Below, one piece after another: positions 39,470 to 49,831 of a stretch of 64,000 nt of DNA. Position numbers and translations under genes: made by a program. The notes beneath the pieces were generated by a model. That model searched no databases and was not told the origin of the DNA. It saw only the letters and a list, made by a program, of their open reading frames with translations. Positions within the stretch are counted from its first letter, which is position 1; every line of letters begins with the position of its first letter. Source of the DNA: Patescibacteria group bacterium (GTDB lineage: Bacteria > Patescibacteriota > WWE3 > 0-14-0-20-40-13); assembly GCA_018896215.1 (NCBI GenBank), contig JAHINB010000013.1, positions 17,946 through 81,945 of the forward strand. The letters are read 5' to 3'.

Positions 39470-39859
39470 TTAGTAAACCTCACAAATAACTTCTCCACCC
39501 AAAGCCTTTTTTCGAGATTCCTGACCTGTTAATACTCCTCTAGGTGTTGATATAATTTGAACACCCATACCATTTCTAATCTTTTTAATATCCTTAGATT
39601 TAATATATTTCCTTAAGCTAGGCTTAGAAATAATTTTTAAATGCGACATAATTGGCTCTCCACTCTCCCCAAACGCCACTTCTATATGCAACCTTTTAAA
39701 AGATTCTCCAGAATTCTTAAATGACTTAACAGAAGCTACAAAACCACAAGTTTTTAAGGCCTGCGCTACCGACTCCGCTAACTTTGAATAGGGAGCCTCA
39801 AAAGACTCGTTTTTTGCCATAACAGTGTTTTTAAGTTGGGACAAAAAATCTACAATCAT
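39470..39859 (-). CDS. rpsH: 30S protein uS8
   Basis: ISKPSLRKY, ISTPRGV, GGEVIC. Confidence 0.95.
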   Translation of the reverse strand: MIVDFLSQLKNTVMAKNESFEAPYSKLAESVAQALKTCGFVASVKSFKNSGESFKRLHIEVAFGESGEPIMSHLKIISKPSLRKYIKSKDIKKIRNGMGVQIISTPRGVLTGQESRKKALGGEVICEVY

Positions 39860-39860
39860 A

Positions 39861-40043
39861 TTAGTTTCGTTTAGCAACTCCTGGTAATTCTCCTGCCATT
39901 GCCATTTCTCTAAAACAAATTCGGCAAATTCCGTATTTTCTAATAAACCCGTTCACTCTGCCACAAAACTGACATCTATTGTAAGCTCTTACGGCAAATT
40001 TAGGTGTTTTTTTGTGTTTTAAAATTAGCGCTTTTTTAGGCAT
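39861..40043 (-). CDS. rpsN: 30S protein uS14 (zinc-binding type)
   Basis: RCQFCGR...CRICFRE. Confidence 0.97.
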   Translation of the reverse strand: MPKKALILKHKKTPKFAVRAYNRCQFCGRVNGFIRKYGICRICFREMAMAGELPGVAKRN

Positions 40044-40599
40044 TTTTTATGGGTTTTAACTCTTTTTTAAACGGCATACCCAAAGCCTTAAGCAATAAGT
40101 AACCGTCGGAATCGTTAGAAGCCGTTGTTGTTATAACAACCTGAAGGCTTTTTATCTTTTCGATTTTATTAGAGTCTATAGTTGGAAAAACCAAATGCTC
40201 TCTAAAACCTATAGAACAATTTCCGTGACCATCAAAAGACTTTTTAGAAATTCCTCTAAAATCGCGAACCCGTGGCAACACTACACAGACTAAATTCTGG
40301 AAAAAATCCCACATTTTGACTCCTCGTAGTGTAACACATACCCCAACATCCTCCCCCTTCCTCAATTTAAAACTGGCAATAGACTTTTTGCTTTTTGTAA
40401 CTTGCGGTTTTTGCCCTGTTATCTGCTCCAAATCACGAATGCAAGACTCTTTATATTGTTTATCGTCCTTAAACCTTCCAATTCCCATATTTACAGTGAT
40501 CTTTCCCAAAGTTGGAACAGCGTGAACATTACCTTTTTCAAGCTTTTTAAGTAAATCTTTTTTTATTTCTTTTTCAAATTTTTCTTGTAATGTATTCAT
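40036..40599 (-). CDS. rplE: 50S protein uL5
   Basis: [21 protein letters not shown]. Confidence 0.97.
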   Translation of the reverse strand: MNTLQEKFEKEIKKDLLKKLEKGNVHAVPTLGKITVNMGIGRFKDDKQYKESCIRDLEQITGQKPQVTKSKKSIASFKLRKGEDVGVCVTLRGVKMWDFFQNLVCVVLPRVRDFRGISKKSFDGHGNCSIGFREHLVFPTIDSNKIEKIKSLQVVITTTASNDSDGYLLLKALGMPFKKELKPIKNA

Positions 40600-40907
40600 G
40601 GCATTATAACTTCCTTGCATTTACCACACTTGCGGTATTTTTTTCCCGCCACAATCGAAAATCCAACTCGCGTGGGCTTTTTACATTTGGGACAAACTAA
40701 CATAACTTTAGACACTGCTATAGGCATTTCTTTGGAAATGATCCCTCCTTTAACATTTCTCCCCGAACTTTTTGTATGTCTCTTTACCACATGAACTCCT
40801 TTGACTACAATTTTAGAACTTGCCGTAATCACTCTTTCGACAACAGATTCCTTGCCTTTTTCTTTTCCTGATAAAATTTTAACCGTATCTCCTTTTCGTA
40901 TTTTCAT
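40596..40907 (-). CDS. rplX: 50S protein uL24 with C-terminal CxxC pairs
   Basis: KIRKGDTV, GKEKGK, CPKC...CGKC. Confidence 0.97.
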   Translation of the reverse strand: MKIRKGDTVKILSGKEKGKESVVERVITASSKIVVKGVHVVKRHTKSSGRNVKGGIISKEMPIAVSKVMLVCPKCKKPTRVGFSIVAGKKYRKCGKCKEVIMP

Positions 40908-40917
40908 GCTATGTTAA

Positions 40918-41286
40918 CTACCAAACTTCTGTTGCTAATGACACGATTTTGGAAAATCCGGCATCTCTTAATTCTCTTGCTACAGGACCAAAAACTCTTG
41001 TACCCAACGGCAGTTTGTCCGCGCCAACAACACAAGCCGCGTTATCATCAAATCTAATATGTGACCCATCTTTACGTCGCTGTTCCTTTCTACACCTCAC
41101 GACTACAGCCTTTACAACCGAGTGGTCCTTTACAATACCTGTTGACGAAGCCCCCTTTACAACACAGGTTACAATGTTTCCCAATAGAGCAAACCTTCTT
41201 CTGGAATTCCCAGGAATACCAATAATAAGCAACCCCTGTGCCCCACTGTTATCCGCAAGTTTTAGTCTTGATCCAACTTGAACCAT
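40918..41286 (-). CDS. rplN: 50S protein uL14
   Basis: [24 protein letters not shown]. Confidence 0.98.
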   Translation of the reverse strand: MVQVGSRLKLADNSGAQGLLIIGIPGNSRRRFALLGNIVTCVVKGASSTGIVKDHSVVKAVVVRCRKEQRRKDGSHIRFDDNAACVVGADKLPLGTRVFGPVARELRDAGFSKIVSLATEVW

Positions 41287-41290
41287 AGAA

Positions 41291-41521
41291 TTAATTTATC
41301 TTAGTAACTACCCAATTCTTAAAGCAACTTAGCGGTCTTGATTCTTCTATAGTCACAAAATCTCCTAACTTGGCGCCAACTTCGTTATGCGCTTTAAACC
41401 TTCGGGTATTGCGGATCTCTTTGCCATACATGGGATCTTTTCTTGGCATCTCTACAGCTACAATTGCAGTTTTCTGCATCTTGTCCGAAACTATTTTTCC
41501 TACAAATGTCTTTTTAGGCAT
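41291..41521 (-). CDS. rpsQ: 30S protein uS17
   Basis: [14 protein letters not shown]. Confidence 0.97.
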   Translation of the reverse strand: MPKKTFVGKIVSDKMQKTAIVAVEMPRKDPMYGKEIRNTRRFKAHNEVGAKLGDFVTIEESRPLSCFKNWVVTKIN

Positions 41522-41532
41522 AATGACAAATC

Positions 41533-41733
41533 CTAACTTTGAATAATCTCTTTTTCTCTTAAAATTGTCTTAATTCGCGCTATTTGCTTTCTAATTTTGG
41601 CAATTTTTGCGACCTCTTTAAGCTTTCCCAAAGAGTGGCTCAATTTAGCATCTATTATTTCTTTCTGCAACAACTTAAAGTCTGCGAGCAACAATTCTTT
41701 GGTTTTATCACGAAGCTTTGATATTGATTCCAT
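41533..41733 (-). CDS. rpmC: 50S protein uL29
   Basis: IRKQIARIKTIL; operon position. Confidence 0.93.
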   Translation of the reverse strand: MESISKLRDKTKELLLADFKLLQKEIIDAKLSHSLGKLKEVAKIAKIRKQIARIKTILREKEIIQS

Positions 41734-41738
41734 GGTAT

Positions 41739-42146
41739 TTAATCTGCTTGAACAAACCCTGTTTTAATCGGTAATTTATGCGAGGCGCGATCAAACGCTT
41801 CTCGAGCTACTGCCTCGGTAACACCAGACAGCTCAAACATTATTTTTCCCGGTCGAGTTCTGCAGGAAAAATGGTCTGCCAAGCCTTTCCCGCCACCCAT
41901 TCTTGTTTCGGCAGGCTTTTTTGTTACAGGATTATCGGGAAATACTCTAATCCAAAGCTTTCCGCTTCTTTTAGTAAAATGCGTAATGGCTTTTCTGGCA
42001 GCCTCTATTTGCCGCGATGTAATATAGCCACGATCCATGGCTTTAAGACCAAACTCTCCAAAATCAACATTAGAACCGCGATTACTCAATCCCGCGATTG
42101 TGCCTCTTTGGGTCCTTCTAAATTTCATTCTCTTTGGCATTAACAT
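41739..42146 (-). CDS. rplP: 50S protein uL16
   Basis: RQIEAAR, WIRVFPD, RMGGGKG. Confidence 0.98.
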   Translation of the reverse strand: MLMPKRMKFRRTQRGTIAGLSNRGSNVDFGEFGLKAMDRGYITSRQIEAARKAITHFTKRSGKLWIRVFPDNPVTKKPAETRMGGGKGLADHFSCRTRPGKIMFELSGVTEAVAREAFDRASHKLPIKTGFVQAD

Positions 42147-42153
42147 AAAAAAA

Positions 42154-42795
42154 TTACTTGATGTTTTCGTACTCGCCTCGATAAATCCAAACTTTTATTC
42201 CAATGCTTCCATATGCTGGCATTGCTTCTACCCGGGCAAAATCTATATCAGCTCGCAAGGTTTGGGTGGGAACTGTTCCACGAGAAAATTTCTCGTTGCG
42301 TCCAATACTGGAAGCGCCACTTAAAAGACCCGAGACTTCTATTTTAATACCCAAAACCCTTGCCTCCTGCGCTTTTTGCAAAGCCGAGTTTACCGCTCTT
42401 TTATAAGGAATTCGTTTTTCTATTTGATCCGCAATAGCTCGGGCTGTAAGATAAGCGGATTTTTCGATCTCTTTAATTTCCTCAACCACCAAATCTACTT
42501 TTTCCGGCGTTAATTTTTTTAACTCCTCTCGTAAAAGCGCGATTCCCGCCCCACCTTTTCCAATAACTACCCCAGGACGAGAAATAGCCACAACTATTTT
42601 AATGTTTCCAAAGGAGCGCTCAATGACAACTTGAGAAATTCCTGCCCCAGAAAGCCTTTTCATTAAAAACCTTCTAATTTTTTGATCTTCTAAAACATAC
42701 GCAGGCAACACTTTTTTGTCTTGAGTAAACCAAATAGATTGCCAATTTTTGTAGACCCCGTAACGGAAACCGTTAGGATTTGTTTTTTGTCCCAT
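42154..42795 (-). CDS. rpsC: 30S protein uS3
   Basis: [24 protein letters not shown]. Confidence 0.98.
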   Translation of the reverse strand: MGQKTNPNGFRYGVYKNWQSIWFTQDKKVLPAYVLEDQKIRRFLMKRLSGAGISQVVIERSFGNIKIVVAISRPGVVIGKGGAGIALLREELKKLTPEKVDLVVEEIKEIEKSAYLTARAIADQIEKRIPYKRAVNSALQKAQEARVLGIKIEVSGLLSGASSIGRNEKFSRGTVPTQTLRADIDFARVEAMPAYGSIGIKVWIYRGEYENIK

Positions 42796-43141
42796 TTTCG
42801 TCAGAAACTGAAAGAGATAATTTAATATTTGTGGTTCTTTTTAAAATTGGGCGGGCGGTTCCCTTGGAACCAGCTCTAATTCTTTTAAGCGTTGTCCCTT
42901 TTCCCACCATAATTTCGGATAAAAACATCTCATCGCTTTCAAGACCTCTGCTCTTTGCTGACGCTACTGCCGATTTGATTAGATTAGCAACCGGTCTGGC
43001 TGATCTTTTGACCGTAAAAGCAAGCCGTCTTCGCGCCTCCATGACTGTGCACCCCCTCACAAGATCGCAAACCAAAGCGACTTTTCTTGGCGTTATTCTT
43101 AAATTATTTAATTTTGCAACAACCTGTTGTTTTTTTTCCAT
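42773..43141 (-). CDS. rplV: 50S protein uL22
   Basis: RITPRKV..V..LVRG; operon position. Confidence 0.95.
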   Translation of the reverse strand: MEKKQQVVAKLNNLRITPRKVALVCDLVRGCTVMEARRRLAFTVKRSARPVANLIKSAVASAKSRGLESDEMFLSEIMVGKGTTLKRIRAGSKGTARPILKRTTNIKLSLSVSDENGTKNKS

Positions 43142-43167
43142 AATCCTTAGACGCTTTCTATAGCTAT

Positions 43168-43515
43168 CTATTTTGCTCCCGCTTTAGGTGACGGCTTTGG
43201 CGCAGTTGGAGAAATACCCTCCGGTGCTCTCTTGGCAGAACTTTCTTTTTTAAGACCTTTTCTGCTGTGAGTTCTAAAGGTCCTGGTTAAAGAAAACTCC
43301 CCTAACTTGTGCCCAACCATAGACTCGGTGACAAACACCCCAATAAAGGTTTTTCCGTTATGTACTTCGAAATTTAACCCCACCATCTCGGGACTTATGG
43401 TAGATCTTCTACTCCATGTTTTTATAGCCCCACGATTTAATGTAGCTTTCGCTTTTTTTACTTTTTCTTGCAATTTTGGGTCAATGTAGGGACCCTTTTT
43501 TTGTGATCTGCTCAT
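43168..43515 (-). CDS. rpsS: 30S protein uS19 with C-terminal extension
   Basis: [26 protein letters not shown]. Confidence 0.97.
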   Translation of the reverse strand: MSRSQKKGPYIDPKLQEKVKKAKATLNRGAIKTWSRRSTISPEMVGLNFEVHNGKTFIGVFVTESMVGHKLGEFSLTRTFRTHSRKGLKKESSAKRAPEGISPTAPKPSPKAGAK

Positions 43516-43518
43516 ATC

Positions 43519-43608
43519 TATAACAAGATTCAAGAAAACTTCCTATTAATATCCCCGATGGATATCGGGGGCGTTACATATTTCCACGCTTCCCGCGTGG
43601 AAATCTAT
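43519..43608 (-). repeat. Structured attC-like element, copy B (fills the rplB-rpsS gap)
   Basis: TAGATTTCCACGC..GCGTGGAAATATGTAACGC-CCCCGATATCCATCGGGG-ATATTAATAG...CTTGAATCTTGTTATA. Confidence 0.88.
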
Positions 43609-44426
43609 TTCCTTTCAACAATAAATTTATCGGTATGAGTTCTTTTTCTAGTTTTAAACCCTTTAGCAGGTTGTCCCCAAGGACTTACCGGAGACGCTCT
43701 TCCAACCCCCGATGTTTTGTAACTGCCCCCATGTGGATGAGATCTAGGACTACCATAGGCTACACCTCTTACCTTAGAGCGCCGTCCCAAGTATTTCTTT
43801 ATTCCCGCTTTACCTAGGCTAATATTTTTAACATCTTCGTTGTCCAAAACACCAAAAGATCCGCTACAGTTTCCAAAAATCTTTTTTACCTCACCACTCG
43901 GAAGCTTGATATTAACATATTTCCCCTCTTTTGCGGTAATGGTTGCAAAATTCCCTGCTCCTCTAGCCATTTCTCCACCTTTTCCAACATGTAGCTCTAC
44001 GCAATTAATATACGATCCAACCGGCATTAAATTTAAGGGGCAGGAATTTCCAGGGTTTTGATCAACAGCCTGCTTCGACGAAACAACGGTATCCCCAACT
44101 TTAAGTTCTTTGGGTCTTAAAATATAGCGCCGTTCACCATCAGCATATAAAATTAAAGCTATAGAACTGCCTCTATTGGGATCGTACTCTATTTGCTCAA
44201 CTTTAGCCAAAATGTCGTATTTATCCCTTTTAAAATCTATCTTGCGATAGGCCTTTTTAGCACCCGCAGATCTGTGGCGCATTGAAACCCTACCACGAGA
44301 TCTAGCAGTAGATCCACGACTGCCAACAACCAAAGACTTTACTCTTGCAAGCTTTTGGTTTTTTCGCCTTAAACTAATTTTTCCCCTTTGACCTGGGGTT
44401 GTGGGTTTGTATCTTTTTAATGCCAT
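43605..44426 (-). CDS. rplB: 50S protein uL2
   Basis: PTTPGQR, IEYDPNR, HPHGG, SPWG. Confidence 0.98.
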   Translation of the reverse strand: MALKRYKPTTPGQRGKISLRRKNQKLARVKSLVVGSRGSTARSRGRVSMRHRSAGAKKAYRKIDFKRDKYDILAKVEQIEYDPNRGSSIALILYADGERRYILRPKELKVGDTVVSSKQAVDQNPGNSCPLNLMPVGSYINCVELHVGKGGEMARGAGNFATITAKEGKYVNIKLPSGEVKKIFGNCSGSFGVLDNEDVKNISLGKAGIKKYLGRRSKVRGVAYGSPRSHPHGGSYKTSGVGRASPVSPWGQPAKGFKTRKRTHTDKFIVERK

Positions 44427-44428
44427 AG

Positions 44429-44758
44429 TTAACTTGTCTTCTTAACCTTCTTAGCCTTTCCTAATTTCTTCTCCACAACTTCAAATAAATCGATTTTCTG
44501 ACCCGTTGCTAATTTAGCGAAGGCTTTTTTATACTCTTTGGTTTTATAAGACATTCTAGCCTTTGTTAAACTTCTTTTTGTTTTGCTCTTTGTTTTTAAA
44601 GTATTCAACCTCGTAACCTTAACCTTAAAGTGCTGCTCTATTTGATCAATAATCGCCCCTTTTGACGCCTCTTTAACAACTGCAAAGGAATAAATGCCTT
44701 TTTTTACCAAGTGGGTAGTTTTTTCTGTGATTATAGGTCTAATTATTATTTGTTGCAT
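44429..44758 (-). CDS. rplW: 50S protein uL23
   Basis: RPIITEK, YKKAFAKL. Confidence 0.95.
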   Translation of the reverse strand: MQQIIIRPIITEKTTHLVKKGIYSFAVVKEASKGAIIDQIEQHFKVKVTRLNTLKTKSKTKRSLTKARMSYKTKEYKKAFAKLATGQKIDLFEVVEKKLGKAKKVKKTS

Positions 44759-45381
44759 AGTTCTGAAATAACCTCTTTTTCTAAAACAGTCAGCGCCACG
44801 GAAGATAACTCAAAAGCGTTAATTGCTCTGGAGTCGCAAACACTAACCTGCGAAAGATTTCTAAACGATCTTAAAACTTTAAATCTTTCGGCAACTTCCT
44901 TTTTGGCAGAAATTACTAAAAGAGCTTTTTTATCTATTTTTAAATTGTTTAAAATACCTATGGCATCTTTTGTTTTTAGCTTGTCCATATCTAATCTATC
45001 CAAAACTAAAATACTTTTAGTCTGCAAGGCGCAAGAAAGGGCTGATACAAGCGCTCCCCTCTTTTGAGCTTTATTTAAAGAGAGTCTTTTTGTGTAAGGA
45101 ACAGGTCCGTGAGATATTCCACCGCCTACCCAAACTGGAGACCTAGATGACCCAGCCCGCGCCCTACCCGTATGTTTTTGGTTCCAAGGCTTTTTTCCGC
45201 CACCAGAGACTTGAGACCTTGTTTTGGTCTTGTGTGTTCCTTGGCTTTGATTAGCTTGATACATTCTAATGTACTGCGCTATTAGATCCAGATTTGGAGT
45301 AACACCAAAAACCTCTTTGGGAAGAGTTATTTTTTCAACTTCTTGGCCTTCTTTATTTAAGACGCTTACCTTTAAACTCAT
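44746..45381 (-). CDS. rplD: 50S protein uL4
   Basis: VSGGGKKPWNQKHTGRARAGS. Confidence 0.97.
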   Translation of the reverse strand: MSLKVSVLNKEGQEVEKITLPKEVFGVTPNLDLIAQYIRMYQANQSQGTHKTKTRSQVSGGGKKPWNQKHTGRARAGSSRSPVWVGGGISHGPVPYTKRLSLNKAQKRGALVSALSCALQTKSILVLDRLDMDKLKTKDAIGILNNLKIDKKALLVISAKKEVAERFKVLRSFRNLSQVSVCDSRAINAFELSSVALTVLEKEVISELCNK

Positions 45382-45809
45382 GTTAGTATTTCAACTTGCA
45401 CCTTTGACCGCCTTGCTCCTGGCACCCCACCTAAAACTTTGATTTCGAGTTTTTCTTTTTCTAGACCAACAATCTTGGATCCCGGTACTGTAATGCTAGC
45501 ATTTCCAAAGTGCCCCGGCATTTTGAGACCTTTAAAAACTCTTCCAGGGGTGGAAGGACCAGTAGAACCAATTGCCCTTTGCCTGTCCGACTGACCATGG
45601 GTAGCAGGACCTCCCTTATGCCCCCACCTCTTCATCACACCAGAAAAACCACGCCCTTTTGAAACTCCTTTTAGCTTTATTTTTTGACCAATGGCAAGCT
45701 CTTTTTCCGGCCAGACAGAAAGTACCACTGTTGTAAAAGGAACGACATCTCCATTTTCTAAATATAATAAACCCATGTCTTTTTTTGTTCCTAAAAGTTT
45801 TGTTTCCAT
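45378..45809 (-). CDS. rplC: 50S protein uL3 with large internal deletion (143 aa)
   Basis: SKGRGFSGVMKRW, HGQS, PGRVFKGLKMPGH; position between rpsJ and rplD. Confidence 0.95.
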   Translation of the reverse strand: METKLLGTKKDMGLLYLENGDVVPFTTVVLSVWPEKELAIGQKIKLKGVSKGRGFSGVMKRWGHKGGPATHGQSDRQRAIGSTGPSTPGRVFKGLKMPGHFGNASITVPGSKIVGLEKEKLEIKVLGGVPGARRSKVQVEILT

Positions 45810-45813
45810 ATCT

Positions 45814-45903
45814 TATAACAAGATTCAAGAATAATTCCTATTAATTTCCTCGCCCACGGCGAGGGCGTTACATAGTTGCACGAGCTTGCTCGTGGAAATC
45901 TAT
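45814..45903 (-). repeat. Structured attC-like element, copy C (rpsJ-rplC gap)
   Basis: CACGAGCAAGCTCGTG..TGTAACGC-CCTCGCCGTGGGCGAGG-AAATTAATAG...CTTGAATCTTGTTATA. Confidence 0.88.
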
Positions 45904-45924
45904 GTTTGGTGCAGGGTGGGATAG

Positions 45925-46233
45925 TTAGGCCTTTATTTCTATTCCTACTCCCGAGGGCAAATTTAAATGTGACAACTGATCCATGGTACTTGGAGTTGGA
46001 TTGTCAATATCAATAATTCTTACATGCGTTCTGACTTCAAAGTGCTCGCGAGATCTAGAATCAATATGCGGACCGCGCAGAACCGTAATGACTTCTTTTT
46101 TGCAAGGAAGCGGAACGGGACCCGAGACTCTAGCGCCAGTCCTTATGGCGCAATCTACAATTTTTGCAGCGCTTTGATCAACCACTCTGCTATCATATGA
46201 CTTTAATTTTACCCTAATCCTTCCTTTAGACAT
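45925..46233 (-). CDS. rpsJ: 30S protein uS10
   Basis: [21 protein letters not shown]. Confidence 0.98.
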   Translation of the reverse strand: MSKGRIRVKLKSYDSRVVDQSAAKIVDCAIRTGARVSGPVPLPCKKEVITVLRGPHIDSRSREHFEVRTHVRIIDIDNPTPSTMDQLSHLNLPSGVGIEIKA

Positions 46234-46240
46234 ACGACAT

Positions 46241-46328
46241 CACAACAAGATTTAAGAAAACATCCAAATAATTTCCCCCGACGAATGTCGGGGGCGTTGC
46301 AAGCTTTTTCGCGTAATCGCGAAAAGGG
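46241..46328 (-). repeat. Structured attC-like element, copy D (tuf-rpsJ gap)
   Basis: CTTTTCGCGATTACGCGAAAAAG-CTTGCAACG-CCCCCGACATTCGTCGGGGG-AAATT...CTTAAATCTTGTTGTG. Confidence 0.88.
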
Positions 46329-47522
46329 TTATTTAATTACCTTCGAGACAACTCCTGCTCCAACCGTTTGACCACCTTCGCGAATAGCAAATCGCATTCC
46401 CTCTTCCATAGCAACTGGAGTAATCAGCTTAATGCTTAATTTTACATCATCACCTGGCATTGCCATCTCTGTCCCTGCGGGCAAATCGGCTTCTCCAGTA
46501 ACATCTGTGGTTCTAATATAGAATTGTGGCTTGTATCCGCTAAAAAACGGGGTGTGTCTGCCACCCTCTTCTTTAGAAAGAACATAGACGCTGGCCTCAA
46601 ACTCGGTGTGAGGGGTAATTGATCCTGGCTTTGCCAAGACCTGACCTCTTTCTACTCCATCTCGCTCAATTCCTCTTAAAAGGATCCCTACATTATCCCC
46701 GGCCTGCCCCTCGGGAAGAGATTTCTTAAACATCTCAATTCCAGTAACAACCGTCTTGGAGGTTGGTTTAATTCCAATTATTTCTACTTCCTCGTTAATT
46801 TTAACAACACCCCTGTCGATTTTTCCTGTAACCACTGTTCCACGACCCTTGATGCTAAACACATCCTCTATCGGCATTAAAAAGGGCTTGTCCAAATCTC
46901 TCTTTGGAGTTGGAATAAACTCATCAACCGCTTTCATTAAGTCTTCGATAGCTTTAATGGACGCGGGATCGCCTTCCAACGCTTTTAGAGCGGAACCTCT
47001 GATAATTGGAGTAGTGTCCCCCGGATACTCAAACTTTTTGAGCATATCTCTAAGCTCCATTTCGACTAAATCGCACATTTCATTCTTTTCGGCGTCGGTT
47101 CCAGGCAGAGCGTCGACTTTATTTAAAAATACGACCAGGGATGGAACATTAACTTGACGCGCTAAAAGAACATGTTCTCTTGTTTGAGGCATAGCTCCAT
47201 CGGTTGCCGCAACAACAAGAATAGCGCCGTCCATTTGGGCAGCTCCGGTAATCATGTTTTTAATGTAATCTCGATGCCCCGGAGCATCTATGTGGGCATA
47301 GTGACGAGCTTCGGTTTCGTACTCAACATGAGTAATGTTGATTGTAATACCACGAGCCTTCTCTTCTGGGGCTTTGTCAATTTGATCGTAAGCATAAAAT
47401 TGAGACAAACCCTTAGAAGCGAGTACCTTAGTAATTGCCGCAGTAAGTGTGGTTTTACCATGGTCTACATGACCTATGGTTCCAATATTTACATGAGGCT
47501 TAGTTCTGATGAATTCTGCCAT
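46329..47522 (-). CDS. tuf: Elongation factor Tu
   Basis: [22 protein letters not shown]. Confidence 0.99.
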   Translation of the reverse strand: MAEFIRTKPHVNIGTIGHVDHGKTTLTAAITKVLASKGLSQFYAYDQIDKAPEEKARGITINITHVEYETEARHYAHIDAPGHRDYIKNMITGAAQMDGAILVVAATDGAMPQTREHVLLARQVNVPSLVVFLNKVDALPGTDAEKNEMCDLVEMELRDMLKKFEYPGDTTPIIRGSALKALEGDPASIKAIEDLMKAVDEFIPTPKRDLDKPFLMPIEDVFSIKGRGTVVTGKIDRGVVKINEEVEIIGIKPTSKTVVTGIEMFKKSLPEGQAGDNVGILLRGIERDGVERGQVLAKPGSITPHTEFEASVYVLSKEEGGRHTPFFSGYKPQFYIRTTDVTGEADLPAGTEMAMPGDDVKLSIKLITPVAMEEGMRFAIREGGQTVGAGVVSKVIK

Positions 47523-47617
47523 AGAAAAAATCTAAATTTAAAAACTAGTGTGTACGCGCGTCTTGCGAACACTAACCTTTAAATGCTAGATATAAAAACA
47601 AGTAAACTTTTAAAGAA

Positions 47618-49726
47618 TTATACTTTTCTTCCTTCGGCAATTTTTGTTGCCACCGATGCCGGAACCTCCTGATAATGACTGGGCTCAATATTAAAACTTC
47701 CTCTTCCTTGAGTAATGCTTCGCAGGGTTGTGGAATAACCAAACAACTCGGCAAGCGGAACCAACGTTTTTATAATCGCCAAGTTTCCTTTGCTTTCGGT
47801 ACCCTCTATTCTACCACGCTTTGAGCTAATGTCACCTATGACATCTCCCATGAAGTTTTCGGGTACCGAAACCTCTACCTTCATGATAGGCTCTAAAAGT
47901 GCTGGGCTGGCTTTTCTCGCGGCATCTTTAAATGCCTCTATGGCTGCTATTTTAAACGCAATTTCCGAAGAGTCAACCTCGTGAAAAGATCCGTCATATA
48001 ACGCCACCAACACATCAACTACCGGATACCCGGCAACAACGCCACTTTCTAAAGCTTCTTTGACTCCTTTTTCCACCGCTGGAATATACTCTTTGGGAAT
48101 TGAGCCACCTACAATCTCGTTCACAAATTTAAAACCTTCTCCAGCTTCTCGCGGTTCCAAACGCAACCAAACATGACCATATTGACCCCGCCCACCTGAC
48201 TGCCTAATATACTTACCTTCTTGCTCCACAATTTTTTTGATGGTCTCTTTAAAGGCAACTTGCGGAGCACCCGTTTCTGCCCCCACCTTAAATTCTCGCT
48301 TCATCCGATCAACAAGAATTTCCAAATGCAATTCGCCCATTCCAGCAATTAAAGTTTGTCCGGTTTCGGGGTTGGATTTTATTTTAAAAGTTGGATCCTC
48401 TTCGGAGAGTTTTTTTAGAGCCATTCCCATTTTTTCTTGGTCTTGCTTTGTTTTTGGCTCGATAGACATAGAAATAACCGGTTCGGGAAAACTAATTGCC
48501 TCAAGTAAAATTGGATTTTCCTCTGAACACAGCGAATCTCCCGTAAAAGTGTTTTTAAGTCCCACAACCGCGGCAATTTCACCAGCTTTGACCTCTTTGA
48601 CATCTTCACGATCGTTGGCATGCATTAAGACAATTCTACTAAATCGTTCTTTTTCGCCACGGGTGGCGTTTAAAACATACGACCCAGCTGTAAGTTTTCC
48701 CGAGTAAGCTCTAAAATAGGTCAGTCTTCCAACATAAGGGTCGGTTTGAACTTTAAAAGCCAATCCCGAAAAATGCTCCGTAATATCAGGTCTTCTTTCT
48801 TCTTCGGCTCCTGTTTTAGGATTCTTGCCTTTAACGGGAGGAAGTTCTAATGGAGATGGGAGAAGATTAATTACCTGATCTAACAAGCTTTTTACAATTA
48901 CGCCTCGTCCATCTCCTCCAAAAACCGGAAAAACCTCGCCACTTAGAGTAGCTTTTCTAACCGCTCGCATAAGCTCGCTTTCTGATATCTCTTTACCGTT
49001 GAGATACTTATCCATAACTTCGTCATCAAAGTCAGCAACTCTTTCCAACATTTCTCCTCTCCATTTTTTTGCTTCTTCGATTAAATTTGCGGGAATTTCT
49101 TCTTCCACTAAATCTTCTTGCAAATAGTCAGTATAGGTATAAGTCTTCATCCGAATTAAATCGATAACACCATGGAGGTCTTTTTCAAATCCCAGGGGCA
49201 AAACAATAGGAAACGCTTTAGAGCTTAGCCTTTCCCTAATTGATTCCAAACTCCTGTAAAAATCTCCGCCAATTTGGTTAATTTTATTAATAAAACAGAT
49301 TCGGGGAACATGGTATTTGCTGGCTTGTCGCCAAACAGTTTCCGATTGTGGCTCCACTCCCATCTTTCCGTCAAAAACAACTATTGCTCCATCAAGAACC
49401 CTTAGAGAGCGTTCCACCTCGGCGGTAAAATCCACATGCCCTGGAGTATCAATAATGTTGATTCGGTAAACAGCACTTTTTTCTCCAAAATACCTGCGCC
49501 AAAAACAGGTAGTAGCGGCAGAGGTGATAGTGATTCCCCTTTCTCGTTCTTGTTCCATCCAATCCATTTGGGTGTCACCTAAATCGATCTTGCCAATTTT
49601 GTGAGTTTTTCCGGTATGAAACAAAACCGCCTCGGTAGTGGTTGTTTTGCCCGCGTCAATGTGGGCAATTATTCCAATATTTCTAATTCTATCTAGGGGT
49701 ATTTCCCCAAATTCTTTGTCTTGCAT
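47618..49726 (-). CDS. fusA: Elongation factor G
   Basis: [29 protein letters not shown]; start MQDKEF; atypical G4 and G5 motifs. Confidence 0.98.
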   Translation of the reverse strand: MQDKEFGEIPLDRIRNIGIIAHIDAGKTTTTEAVLFHTGKTHKIGKIDLGDTQMDWMEQERERGITITSAATTCFWRRYFGEKSAVYRINIIDTPGHVDFTAEVERSLRVLDGAIVVFDGKMGVEPQSETVWRQASKYHVPRICFINKINQIGGDFYRSLESIRERLSSKAFPIVLPLGFEKDLHGVIDLIRMKTYTYTDYLQEDLVEEEIPANLIEEAKKWRGEMLERVADFDDEVMDKYLNGKEISESELMRAVRKATLSGEVFPVFGGDGRGVIVKSLLDQVINLLPSPLELPPVKGKNPKTGAEEERRPDITEHFSGLAFKVQTDPYVGRLTYFRAYSGKLTAGSYVLNATRGEKERFSRIVLMHANDREDVKEVKAGEIAAVVGLKNTFTGDSLCSEENPILLEAISFPEPVISMSIEPKTKQDQEKMGMALKKLSEEDPTFKIKSNPETGQTLIAGMGELHLEILVDRMKREFKVGAETGAPQVAFKETIKKIVEQEGKYIRQSGGRGQYGHVWLRLEPREAGEGFKFVNEIVGGSIPKEYIPAVEKGVKEALESGVVAGYPVVDVLVALYDGSFHEVDSSEIAFKIAAIEAFKDAARKASPALLEPIMKVEVSVPENFMGDVIGDISSKRGRIEGTESKGNLAIIKTLVPLAELFGYSTTLRSITQGRGSFNIEPSHYQEVPASVATKIAEGRKV

Positions 49727-49831
49727 GATCTTACAACAAAAAACTCCTATACGGAGTTTCCTCTTTTTAGCAAATTTTGCAACTAATAGCAACGGGTAAT
49801 CACAATCGGTTTGACACCGCACAATTTCCCC

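Noticed and set aside
43519-46328. Classical ribosomal-protein autoregulatory leaders (e.g. S10 leader)
   Set aside because: The same element occurs at arsR, between convergent genes and in reverse orientation, which does not fit a single r-protein operator; secondary regulatory use is not excluded.
49727-49822. N-terminal extension of EF-G in the ORF track (similar cases for greA, map, rpsS, rpsH, rplE, infA and ferredoxin)
   Set aside because: These come from upstream alternative start codons; family similarity begins at the downstream Met.
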